From positions 1 through 61,801 of the forward strand of contig JBHJHJ010000133.1 in the NCBI GenBank assembly GCA_050330955.1: a stretch of 61,801 bases of DNA, in the 5' to 3' direction. Below the pieces are notes generated by a model. The model was given only the letters and a program-made list of their open reading frames with translations, was not told where the DNA came from and searched no databases. The stretch is from Elainellaceae cyanobacterium (lineage in GTDB: Bacteria > Cyanobacteriota > Cyanobacteriia > CAKZMO01). The position numbers and the translations under genes are program-made. Positions 46,698 through 55,424 of the stretch are shown piece by piece (position 1 is the first letter of the stretch; every line of letters starts with the position of its first letter).

Positions 46698-48434
46698 CTA
46701 ACCTCCTGACTGCTGAAGCTGCTGCTGCATAGCGCGGAAGCGGAGGTACTCCGTCAGCTTGTAGCCGTTATAGCGCCCCACCAAAATTGTCAGGGCCAGC
46801 ACCACCAACAGCAGCTCTGGAAAGGCGAAGGCAATGTGCTGCACGTAGTCATTCACCAGACAGAGGTAGCCCAAAATTGACACAAACAGGCTGCCCAGTC
46901 CGGCCACCATCACCTCCTGGCTGCCGTCCTCCTCCCACATCACCGCCGCCCGCTCGATGGTCATTGCCAAGATGACAATGGGAAACAGCGACACCGACAA
47001 TCCGAAGGTGATCTGCAGCTCGTGCATGGCGATCGCCACCAGACCGATAATCAGCACCGTGGCCGTCAAAATGGAGGCCAGCCGCGGCACGATCAGCAAT
47101 TGAAGCTGATTCAGATAGGCGCGAATCACCAGGCCTAGGATGACGATAGAGATAAACAGCGGAATTCCGACGGCCAAGCCCGTCTCCCGGAAGGCCAGGG
47201 AAATCAGAATGGGCGTAAAGGTGCCAAAGGTCTGCAGGCCGACGATTTGGTGCAGGGCCGCCACGATTAGCGCCCCGATGGGGATCAGCACCAGGATTTG
47301 AAACACCCGCTGGGTCGCCAGCGGCAGCCGCAGCAGCGAGTAGTTGATCAGGGCATTGTTCTGTCGGCGGTTTTGCCACACCGCTTGGGTGAGGCCGCTG
47401 TCGGTGTTGGGCCGCACCAGCACATCGAGCTGGACGCTGCCTGGCCCCTGGGTTACCACCGGCTGAGCCGCCCCGTACCACCAGGTGAGGTAGCGCTCTT
47501 GGGGGCCAAACTGCCGGGCAATCGGGTCGTAACTGACCCAACTGTCCCCATCTTGCACCTCCAGCCAGTGGACAAAGTCTGTAGAGTAGGCCTCGTCCTG
47601 GGTGAGCAGAATACCGTTGCCCACCCGCGCCGGAACCTGGCCGCGGTTGAGCAAAAACGCGGTCATCTCTGCTGCGGAGGTCTGAGCCCCGAGGGTATCG
47701 CGAACGGCCTGAACGCGGATGTCGTCTTCGCTTAAGGCCAGCTGGTAGAGGTTGGCGGCGATCGCCAAGTTGTCGTCTGCGCTCTGCTCAGCTTCGGCGA
47801 TCAGGGCCTCGATTTCTGCGCTGGGGAGGTTCTCCTTCAGGTTGTCAGCCACCTCGCCCGCACCGGATGAGTCGTACTGCTGGCTCACTAGCCTGCGGGC
47901 CGAGGGCAGAATATCTTCTCCCGGCAGGTCGGGAATCTGCTTTTGGTCCACAATGGCCCGGTAGAACAGAGTCTGAGCGCCCCTTGTCCCTTCGTTGGTG
48001 AATAGGGCGACTCGATTTCCTGATTTTGTCTGGGTTTGCTGCGGTGAGGTTTCACCAGCTTCGGCCCCTTCATCTTTGACGCCTTTATCTTTGACGCCTT
48101 CATCTGCGGCGCTTCGGCTCGGCTCGCCCTCCCCGCGAATCGGCACCGTGTCTATCTCGCGGGTGAAGCCATCGTTGACAAAGTTCTCCCGCACTACAGT
48201 AAAGCGGCTCGATTCGTCAGGAAGCTGCACCTGAACGGTCTGCGGCAGCATTTCTTCCGACTCTAGGAGCGATCGCTGAGACTGAACCGAAAGTTTGGCT
48301 TCCACGTACCAGCTTTTGTACACCTGGGTGGGCAGCAGGGGCACGTTGGCCGCAAACACCTTATGAAAGAAGATGGTCAACCCCACCGCCGTAAGAAATA
48401 GGGCCAGCAGCAGGGCGTGGGTTGTCTTACCCAT
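46698..48434 (-). CDS. Inactive transglutaminase fused to 7 TM helices
   Basis: VPARVGNG, HWLEV, YDP with no catalytic Cys; GLQTFGTFTPILISLAF, VPRLA, LFPIVIL..TIER, GRYNGYKLTE. Confidence 0.9.
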   Translation of the reverse strand: MGKTTHALLLALFLTAVGLTIFFHKVFAANVPLLPTQVYKSWYVEAKLSVQSQRSLLESEEMLPQTVQVQLPDESSRFTVVRENFVNDGFTREIDTVPIRGEGEPSRSAADEGVKDKGVKDEGAEAGETSPQQTQTKSGNRVALFTNEGTRGAQTLFYRAIVDQKQIPDLPGEDILPSARRLVSQQYDSSGAGEVADNLKENLPSAEIEALIAEAEQSADDNLAIAANLYQLALSEDDIRVQAVRDTLGAQTSAAEMTAFLLNRGQVPARVGNGILLTQDEAYSTDFVHWLEVQDGDSWVSYDPIARQFGPQERYLTWWYGAAQPVVTQGPGSVQLDVLVRPNTDSGLTQAVWQNRRQNNALINYSLLRLPLATQRVFQILVLIPIGALIVAALHQIVGLQTFGTFTPILISLAFRETGLAVGIPLFISIVILGLVIRAYLNQLQLLIVPRLASILTATVLIIGLVAIAMHELQITFGLSVSLFPIVILAMTIERAAVMWEEDGSQEVMVAGLGSLFVSILGYLCLVNDYVQHIAFAFPELLLVVLALTILVGRYNGYKLTEYLRFRAMQQQLQQSGG

Positions 48435-49005
48435 TGTTGCCCTCCCGCTCTGGGCAGTTGGTGGGTGCGGTGCGGGTTTCATCGGAGTTGATTACTAGGG
48501 CGCCTTTGCTGAGCATGTTGCGCCCAATTAGTACCGCATAGTCAAACTGGTCGCGATCGGCCAGGTTTGCTTCCTCCTCAATCCAGCGCCCCGCAATGCA
48601 GACCTGCATCTGCACCACCGGACGCCGGAAAAAGCCGCCGTCTCCGTCTTTGATCCGCACCCACCGGGTCACGGGCCGCTCGAAAACCTGGGATGTGCCG
48701 TCTGTATCCACAAAGCGGAAGCGAATCATGCCCCCTGCTTCGGTGGTGTTTTCGGGCTGGTCTAAAATTTCAGCATTAATTGAGGTGGTGGTGGCCCCGG
48801 TATCGAGCTTTGCCTCTGTCTCAGCCTCAACGCCTAGAATCTGAGCGGACTCAATCCAGCCCACGGTCTGTTTGTCCCACCCGCCCTGACTACTGGCTTG
48901 GGTGCCCGACAGCGCACAGCCTGACAGCAGAATGCTCAATAGGGCCACGGGGGGGCGGACCCCGCCCACGGCCCACTTTGCTACATCTTTCAGTAGGATA
49001 CGCAT
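48427..49005 (-). CDS. RimK-associated putative aspartyl protease ('ATP-dependent zinc protease' family), lipoprotein
   Basis: Lipobox LSGC; VGWIE, AKLDTGATTTS, RRPVV, NLADR, LIGRN. Confidence 0.9.
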   Translation of the reverse strand: MRILLKDVAKWAVGGVRPPVALLSILLSGCALSGTQASSQGGWDKQTVGWIESAQILGVEAETEAKLDTGATTTSINAEILDQPENTTEAGGMIRFRFVDTDGTSQVFERPVTRWVRIKDGDGGFFRRPVVQMQVCIAGRWIEEEANLADRDQFDYAVLIGRNMLSKGALVINSDETRTAPTNCPEREGNNG

Positions 49006-49245
49006 GGTGCCAAATACAATAAATTTAAAAATATTTACAACTGGCAGTGTACTGAATGCCTGCCCGCTGCGAGTCGTACTTTTGGTATATTCAGCTACAA
49101 AATTATTGGAATCTTCATCTTGCCTGGTGGCGAAGCTAAGGGGGGAAGCTGTGGCGCGGGAGACGGCGACCTATATGGAATATGATTGGCCGTAGGGTCA
49201 GAGCATGCCGTGACCCTACGGTCACCTATGTACCTGTTGCTCCTG

Positions 49246-50178
49246 ATGTTTTTCAGCGTCGTCATCCCCACCTACAACCGCAAACCCATCCTAGAAAAGT
49301 GCCTGCTGGCCCTAGAAGATCAGCAGTGGAAGGGGGACTACGAAGTCGTCGTCGTCGACGACGGCTCCACCGACGGCACCGTCGACTGGCTCACCAGCTC
49401 AGATCAGTTCCCCCACGTCCGCCTGCTCCAGCAGGCCCACCTCGGCCCCGCTGCCGCCCGCAACTTAGGGGTCAAAGAGGCCCTGGGCGACACCATCATC
49501 TTCATCGACAGCGACCTGGTGGTCACGCCAGTCTTCCTGCAGGCCCACGCCGAAGCGCTTGCCCAGCACCGAACCCAGTCAGGAGGCGATCGCGCCTTTA
49601 CCTATGGCCGGGTGATCAACACCTGCAACTTTGAGGAGCCCACCGCCGAGCCCTACAAGGTCACCGACTACTCCGCCGCTTACTTCGCGACGGGGAATGT
49701 GGCGATCGCCCGCCACTGGCTCGAAAAAGCCGGGTTATTTGACACCCGCTTCCAGCTCTATGGCTGGGAAGACTTGGAGCTAGGCGTGCGGCTAAAGGCC
49801 CTGGGGCTGACGCTAATCAAATGCCCAGAGGCGGTGGGCTACCATTGGCACCCGCCCTTTGCCCTCGACCAAATCCCTAACCTGATCGACAAAGAGATGC
49901 AGCGGGGACGTATGGGGGTGCTGTTTTACCAAAAGCACCCATCGTGGGACGTGCGGCTAATGATTCAGATGACCTGGCTGCACCGGCTGCTGTGGGGCGG
50001 GCTGTCGCTGGGAGGACGGCTCAATGAGCGCACGATGGCCCCGCTGCTGCAGTGGCTGATTGACCAAGGCAAGCCCCAGCTGGCGCTGGAGGTAGCGCGG
50101 GTTTTCTTAAACTGGTACAACGTGCAGGGGGTCTACGAGGCTTACCAGCAGCTGCAGAGCGACAGCGCGCGTACCTAG
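49246..50178 (+). CDS. Glycosyltransferase family 2
   Basis: SVVIPTYNR, VVDDGSTDGT, GPAAARNLG, FIDSD, GWEDLELG. Confidence 0.93.
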   Translation: MFFSVVIPTYNRKPILEKCLLALEDQQWKGDYEVVVVDDGSTDGTVDWLTSSDQFPHVRLLQQAHLGPAAARNLGVKEALGDTIIFIDSDLVVTPVFLQAHAEALAQHRTQSGGDRAFTYGRVINTCNFEEPTAEPYKVTDYSAAYFATGNVAIARHWLEKAGLFDTRFQLYGWEDLELGVRLKALGLTLIKCPEAVGYHWHPPFALDQIPNLIDKEMQRGRMGVLFYQKHPSWDVRLMIQMTWLHRLLWGGLSLGGRLNERTMAPLLQWLIDQGKPQLALEVARVFLNWYNVQGVYEAYQQLQSDSART

Positions 50179-50208
50179 TGTTTTATATGTAACGCAGATA
50201 AATCAGCC

Positions 50209-50535
50209 ATGACGCATTTCCCGCAACAGCTGCGATCGCTCCCCAAATTTGACGGCCCGTTTGACGCCTACCAGCTCGACGCAAAAGGCTGCAAGGTGCT
50301 GTTTGCCTCTTACCCAGCGGGAACGGAGATTCCGCCCCACAGCCACGACACGGATAATGTGGGGGTGATTACCCAGGGGGAGCTGGTGCTGATTATGGAC
50401 GGGACGGAGTCGCGCTATGGGGCGGGGGATTGGTACCGGGTGCCGGCTCATGTGGAGCATGGGGCGCGGTTTGAGCGGGAGACCTCGGAGATTGAGTTTT
50501 GGTTTCAAGCATCTACGAATGGCGACAAAATATAG
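50209..50535 (+). CDS. Cupin-domain protein
   Basis: PPHSH...G.L; GDWYRVPAHVEH. Confidence 0.85.
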   Translation: MTHFPQQLRSLPKFDGPFDAYQLDAKGCKVLFASYPAGTEIPPHSHDTDNVGVITQGELVLIMDGTESRYGAGDWYRVPAHVEHGARFERETSEIEFWFQASTNGDKI

Positions 50536-50536
50536 T

Positions 50537-50773
50537 TAGGACTTACGCAGGAGCCATCTTGATGGAGGAATTTTGAAACTGCTGCACGAGATAATCATCC
50601 AACAGTCCCTGCTTGAGCTGGTAAAGTGTCTGCCCAGTTTGCGGCGCCAGCTGATGCAGTCTGGTCCAAACCAGCAGGTATTAGCAATAGTCGAGTCGAG
50701 TGATATTTCTGCTCATACCCTGACTCTAGCGGCTTCTCGCCTGCTTGCGCAGCTTCATTTTGCGTAAGTCCTA
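50537..50773. mobile_element. 237-bp MITE-like element (family F)
   Basis: Perfect 13-bp TIRs TAGGACTTACGCA / TGCGTAAGTCCTA; no clear TSD; fills the gap between convergent cupin and acr3. Confidence 0.75.
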
Positions 50774-51916
50774 TTTTAAACAGCGGGGATCGGGCAGCGT
50801 CGCCTTCTCGGGCTCTCGGGGAAACCAGAAGGCCGTCCGCTTGCAGAACTCCACCAGCATCAGCATCACCGGCACCTCAATCAGCACGCCCACTACCGTG
50901 GCCAGGGCCGCGCCAGAGTTGAGACCAAACAGCGTCACCGCTGTCGCGATCGCCACCTCGAAGTGGTTGCTCGCGCCAATCAGCGCTGCCGGGGCGGCGT
51001 CTTCGTAGGTCAGCTTCAGCTTTTGGGCCGCCACGTAAGTGATGAAGAAGATAAAGTTGGTCTGCAGGAAGAGGGGTACCGCAATCAGCAAAATGTGAAA
51101 AGGGTTGCTGACGATCAGCTCTGCCTTGAAGCTAAACAGCAGCACCAGGGTAATCAGCAGGGCAGCAATGGAAACCGGGCTGAGGTACCTAAGGAAAACG
51201 TTGTCGAACCAGGCCTTGCCCTTGTGCCGCAGAATCCAGGTGCGGGAGACCACCCCCGCCAGCAGCGGCAGCCCCACGTAAACCAGCACCGACAGCACAA
51301 TGGTGCGCCAGGGCACCAGCAGATTGTTGGCAGAGAGCAGCCAGCCCCCCAGCGGTGCATAGAGAAACAGCATCGCTAGGGAATTGATGGCCACCATTAC
51401 CAAGGTGTGGCCCTGATTGCTGTAGGAGAGATAGCCCCACATCAGCACCATGGCGGTGCAGGGGGCAATGCCCAGTAGAATCGCCCCTGCGATGTAAGAG
51501 TTGGCCAGGGAAATTTCCACCCCGCGAATCAGCTCGCTGCCCGTCAGCAGGGGGCGAAACAGCCAGCCGAGTAAGAACTGGGCAAACGCCACCATGGTGA
51601 AGGGCTTAATGAACCAGTTGATCACCAGGGTCAGGGCGACGGGCTTGGGCGATCGCGCTGCCTGCTTAGCCTGGGAAAAATCGATCTTCACCATGATGGG
51701 ATACATCATGAAGAAGAGGCAGACGGCGATGGGAACGGAGACCTGGTAGACACTCATGGCGTTGAGGGTCTCGGCCAGGCTAGGGAAGACATTCCCCAGC
51801 ACGATGCCGGCCAAAATACATAAGAACACCCAGACGGTGAGGTAGCGCTCGAAGCGGCTGAGCTTACCGCCGGCTTGAACCGGCTTAGAGGTGGGTTGGG
51901 GCTGCTGGACTGTCAT
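50771..51916 (-). CDS. acr3: ACR3-family arsenite efflux transporter
   Basis: [46 protein letters not shown]. Confidence 0.95.
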   Translation of the reverse strand: MTVQQPQPTSKPVQAGGKLSRFERYLTVWVFLCILAGIVLGNVFPSLAETLNAMSVYQVSVPIAVCLFFMMYPIMVKIDFSQAKQAARSPKPVALTLVINWFIKPFTMVAFAQFLLGWLFRPLLTGSELIRGVEISLANSYIAGAILLGIAPCTAMVLMWGYLSYSNQGHTLVMVAINSLAMLFLYAPLGGWLLSANNLLVPWRTIVLSVLVYVGLPLLAGVVSRTWILRHKGKAWFDNVFLRYLSPVSIAALLITLVLLFSFKAELIVSNPFHILLIAVPLFLQTNFIFFITYVAAQKLKLTYEDAAPAALIGASNHFEVAIATAVTLFGLNSGAALATVVGVLIEVPVMLMLVEFCKRTAFWFPREPEKATLPDPRCLK

Positions 51917-52020
51917 GGTAAATGGCCTGATTGAGGCTTGATTAGAATTCTGTGCCGCTATGTCCCCTGTTTTCACCAAGGGAGCAACCTACGCGGTCTA
52001 AAGCAATATGCTTCATTCAA

Positions 52021-52036
52021 ATCAAATCTAGTTGAT
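52021..52036. promoter_or_regulatory. ArsR-type operator upstream of acr3
   Basis: ATCAA-ATCTAG-TTGAT matches the ATCAA-N6-TTGAT box of the Synechocystis ars operon. Confidence 0.7.
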
Positions 52037-52084
52037 TTGTCAAGCCGCCAGCGGACGACGCAGCTCAGCCTTGACGCCTGCCGT

Positions 52085-52735
52085 TTAGCTGCTGCCGTAA
52101 GCCTCTAGGGTATTGGTCAGCTTTTCGGCTAGCCCTGCTACCCAGCGCTCGTCCTGCGCCGTATAGCTGCGGGGGGCGTTGGCCCCGAGCACCAGCACGC
52201 CGCGATCGCCCAGGGGCTGGCAGATTACCCCTTGGGTGTTCTCTGGCAGGTAGTCAAACTCCACCCGACCGGGATAAATCGCCAGCTTCACCAGATAGAC
52301 CGGACGCTGGGTCTCCAGCACCCGGTTGACGATGGCCCCCGGCACGACCTGGGCAGAGGGCCCTAGCACGCCGCGCCGCAGCAGGACCCGGCAATCGTGC
52401 CACACCACCACCGACCGGGTGACCGTATTGGTGAGCAGCAGGTGGGAGGCCCAGGCTAGCTCCGTCCGGGCGGCTTCTGGGAGTCCATCCGCCAACTCGA
52501 AGCCCGAATCCCCCACTAGGGTTACGGTTTCAGGGGGCACAGGCTGCACCCGCTGCCACAGCAGGCCCGTCAAAATCAGCACGGCACTAATCACCACCCC
52601 CAGCACGTCTGAACGGGCCTGACTATCGGTGAGGGTAGGGGTCAGCAGCCGGTTGAGGAGCAGTAGGGTACCGGCCAAGCCACCCGCTATAATGGGAAGC
52701 CGCCGCAGTAGAACATTTGAGTCTGGGTTGGCCAC
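52085..52735 (-). CDS. Cofactor assembly of complex C subunit B (CCB2/CCB4 family)
   Basis: LLLLNRL, QARSDVLG, ELAWAS.LLLTNT, YPGRVEFDYLPENTQ. Confidence 0.85.
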   Translation of the reverse strand: MANPDSNVLLRRLPIIAGGLAGTLLLLNRLLTPTLTDSQARSDVLGVVISAVLILTGLLWQRVQPVPPETVTLVGDSGFELADGLPEAARTELAWASHLLLTNTVTRSVVVWHDCRVLLRRGVLGPSAQVVPGAIVNRVLETQRPVYLVKLAIYPGRVEFDYLPENTQGVICQPLGDRGVLVLGANAPRSYTAQDERWVAGLAEKLTNTLEAYGSS

Positions 52736-52802
52736 GTTTTCGTTAGTCCTGTATCTGGCGATTTACACTGTGCTATGGCTTCAATCATAGGAGGAGTAAC
52801 TT

Positions 52803-54116
52803 GTGCTTGAGCTGATTGCAGCTTGGATGATGTCCATCACGCCATCCCCACCGCTGCTGCGATCTACGAACTTATCTGATTGGGTCGCTGAAGTTCCCCT
52901 GCAGGCCCTGCTAGAACCTCAAACCAGACCAGACGAAGCGGCCCTACGGGACCTGCAGGCCTATCTGGACGTGCTGGAGCGCTATGGCTGGGCCACAGAA
53001 GGGCAGGGGGTATGGCTGCAGTCGGGGCAGGACGTTTTGGCCCAGAATCAAGGCAAGGTCCCCCTCCCGGCAGCCTCCCTAACCAAAATCGCCACGACCC
53101 TCGTTGCCCTGGACCGCTGGGGCAGCGACTACCAGTTTGTAACCCGCATCAGCGCCATCGGAACTTTAGAGAACGGCGTGCTCCAAGGAGATTTGGTGGT
53201 TCAGGGGGGCGGTAACCCGCTATTTGTCTGGGAAGAGGCGATCGCTGTCGCCAACCAGCTTCAGGATTTAGGGATAGAGCGGGTGGCTGGGCAGCTGATT
53301 GTCACTGGCCCGTTCTTTATGAACTACGAGCTAGACCCCATTGTGGCGGGGACGCTGCTGCTACAGGCCTTTGATGGGGCGCTGTGGGGCAACGAAATTG
53401 CGCAACAGTACGCCCTAATGCCAGCGGAGACGCCCCGACCTTCCATCACTATTGAGGGGGGGGTAGCCGCCCTCGGCAGCGCCCAGGTAGAGCGCCTCTC
53501 GCCTCGTCCGTTGGTGAACCACAGCTCCCTTCGCCTGGCGCAGCTGCTCAAGCTGATGAACCTCTATAGCAACAACTTTATGGCGGACCTGCTGGGAGAT
53601 ATGTTGGGGGGGGGAGCCGCTTTGAGCCGCCGGTCGTCGGAGCTTACCGGGGTACCCACAGATGAGATCCAGTTGGCCAATGGTTCGGGACTGGGGGTGG
53701 AGAACCAGCTTTCAGCTCGGGCGGCTACCGCCATGCTGCGGGCTATCCAAGCGCGGCTGCGTCCGTGGGATTTGGGAGTAGTGGACGTGTTTCCCGTGGC
53801 GGGCTTAGACCGGGGAACCTTAAAGGGCCGGAAGCTTCCACCGGACACAGCGGTGAAAACTGGCACCCTGGCCACCGTTAGCGCTCTGGCAGGAGCCCTC
53901 CCCACTCGCGATCGCGGACTCGTGTGGTTTTCGATTATCAACTTCGGCAGTAACCTGGTGGAGCTTAGAGCCCAGCAGGACTATCTACTTCAGGCCCTCG
54001 CCCAAGTTTGGGGGGAAGCGGAGACAGGGGACCTACCCCCGCAGCGCCAGCGTCCCGCAGCAGTTCTGGGAGATCCAGCGCGGGTCGAGGCGGCGGCAGA
54101 GGCGCTCAATTTTTGA
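52803..54116 (+). CDS. dacB: D-Ala-D-Ala carboxypeptidase/endopeptidase (peptidase S13, PBP4)
   Basis: SxxK (ASLTK), SNN, NGSGL, KTG motifs. Confidence 0.88.
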   Translation: MLELIAAWMMSITPSPPLLRSTNLSDWVAEVPLQALLEPQTRPDEAALRDLQAYLDVLERYGWATEGQGVWLQSGQDVLAQNQGKVPLPAASLTKIATTLVALDRWGSDYQFVTRISAIGTLENGVLQGDLVVQGGGNPLFVWEEAIAVANQLQDLGIERVAGQLIVTGPFFMNYELDPIVAGTLLLQAFDGALWGNEIAQQYALMPAETPRPSITIEGGVAALGSAQVERLSPRPLVNHSSLRLAQLLKLMNLYSNNFMADLLGDMLGGGAALSRRSSELTGVPTDEIQLANGSGLGVENQLSARAATAMLRAIQARLRPWDLGVVDVFPVAGLDRGTLKGRKLPPDTAVKTGTLATVSALAGALPTRDRGLVWFSIINFGSNLVELRAQQDYLLQALAQVWGEAETGDLPPQRQRPAAVLGDPARVEAAAEALNF

Positions 54117-54347
54117 GGGTTTACTTTTGGGGCTTAACGTTTAGTTGACATCCCGATGGGGCTATCTGGCAGTTGGCTACACTGGACGTGTCGCGAATTT
54201 TTGGTTAGCGTTGCTGGTTTTTAGGTCTGCATTTTGTAGGAACACGGCGGTGCTATGTCCCTGCGCCTGACTTTGGGCTTATCTAAGGCGGCAAATTCAT
54301 ACCTCGATTCCTCAACGCCCTGTAATTTCTTCCCTTAGGACGTCGCT

Positions 54348-55343
54348 ATGATGGCTTGGACCTTAGATAAGCGCGACATCCGCGCCTTTACGATTATTGC
54401 CATTTTTGTGACCCTGCTGGCGGGCTTGGGATTGGCCCTGCTATCCCGGCAGGTGGTCAAAACCCAGCGCATCAATCGCCTGCTCGAAACGGGGAGCTGC
54501 GATGGCTGCGACCTCGACGGGGTGACCCTCCGCAACTCGGACTTGGCCAATACTAGCGTCTATGATGCTAGCCTGCGGGACGTGGATTTGGTGGATACCG
54601 ACATGAGCGGCATTAATTTGGCGGAGTCGGTATTAAGTGGCGCCAACCTGGCAGACGCCAACCTGGCGGGGGCAGACCTCAGCGGCGCGGTGCTCAGCGG
54701 CGCAGTGCTCGACAATGCCATTTTGATTCAGGCCGACCTGCGCGGCACCTATATCGGGGATGCCTCCTTAGAAGAGGCGATTTTGGACAATGCGGTGCTG
54801 GGAGACGCTATTCTGACTCGCACCAATCTGCAGGGAGCCCACCTGGGGGACGCCAATCTGCAGCGGGCGGATTTAGACGGCGCGGACTTGCGAAATGCGC
54901 GGCTCCGGGAGGCGCAGATGGTGCGGATTAATTTAGGCGATGCGGACCTAGACGATGCGGACCTCTTTAGAGCCGACCTGCGGCGGGCCGACCTGCGGCG
55001 GGCCTCCCTCAAACAGGCCGACCTCCGTCAGGCGAACCTCCGGGACGCTAACCTCAGCAGCGCCAGCCTCTCTAAAGCCAATCTGGCTGAGGCCAATCTA
55101 TCGCGAGCCTTCTTCAGGGACACTGACCTGTCCCAGGCCATCCTCCGCAGCAGCAACCTCCGCAATGCAGGGCTGTTTCAAGCCGATTTGCAGGGCGCGG
55201 ACCTCAGGGGGGCGTTTCTCCAAGAGACGAACCTGCGCCGCGCTGACCTGACCGACGCCAAGCTGGAGGGCGTTGATCTAGGCGGCGCCCTGTTATGTAA
55301 CACTCGAATGCCCAACGGCACCGTGTCTAACCGCGATTGCTAA
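54348..55343 (+). CDS. Membrane-anchored pentapeptide-repeat protein
   Basis: N-terminal TM, LLETGSCDGCDL, long A(D/N)Lxx array, LCNTRMPNG. Confidence 0.92.
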   Translation: MMAWTLDKRDIRAFTIIAIFVTLLAGLGLALLSRQVVKTQRINRLLETGSCDGCDLDGVTLRNSDLANTSVYDASLRDVDLVDTDMSGINLAESVLSGANLADANLAGADLSGAVLSGAVLDNAILIQADLRGTYIGDASLEEAILDNAVLGDAILTRTNLQGAHLGDANLQRADLDGADLRNARLREAQMVRINLGDADLDDADLFRADLRRADLRRASLKQADLRQANLRDANLSSASLSKANLAEANLSRAFFRDTDLSQAILRSSNLRNAGLFQADLQGADLRGAFLQETNLRRADLTDAKLEGVDLGGALLCNTRMPNGTVSNRDC

Positions 55344-55424
55344 ATCAGTTGCGCTTTTTGAAACCTTGACTGTACCACCTCAGACGCCGTGCCACAGTGG
55401 AGGGGATGTTGCGGAGTAAAGCCC

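Noticed and set aside
46002-47735. Long antisense and alternative-frame ORFs (222, 230, 145 aa) over the RimK-like operon
   Set aside because: Shadows of well-supported genes
50573-50767. 64-aa ORF within the family F element as a transposase
   Set aside because: Too short, TTG start, no DDE or HTH motif recognised
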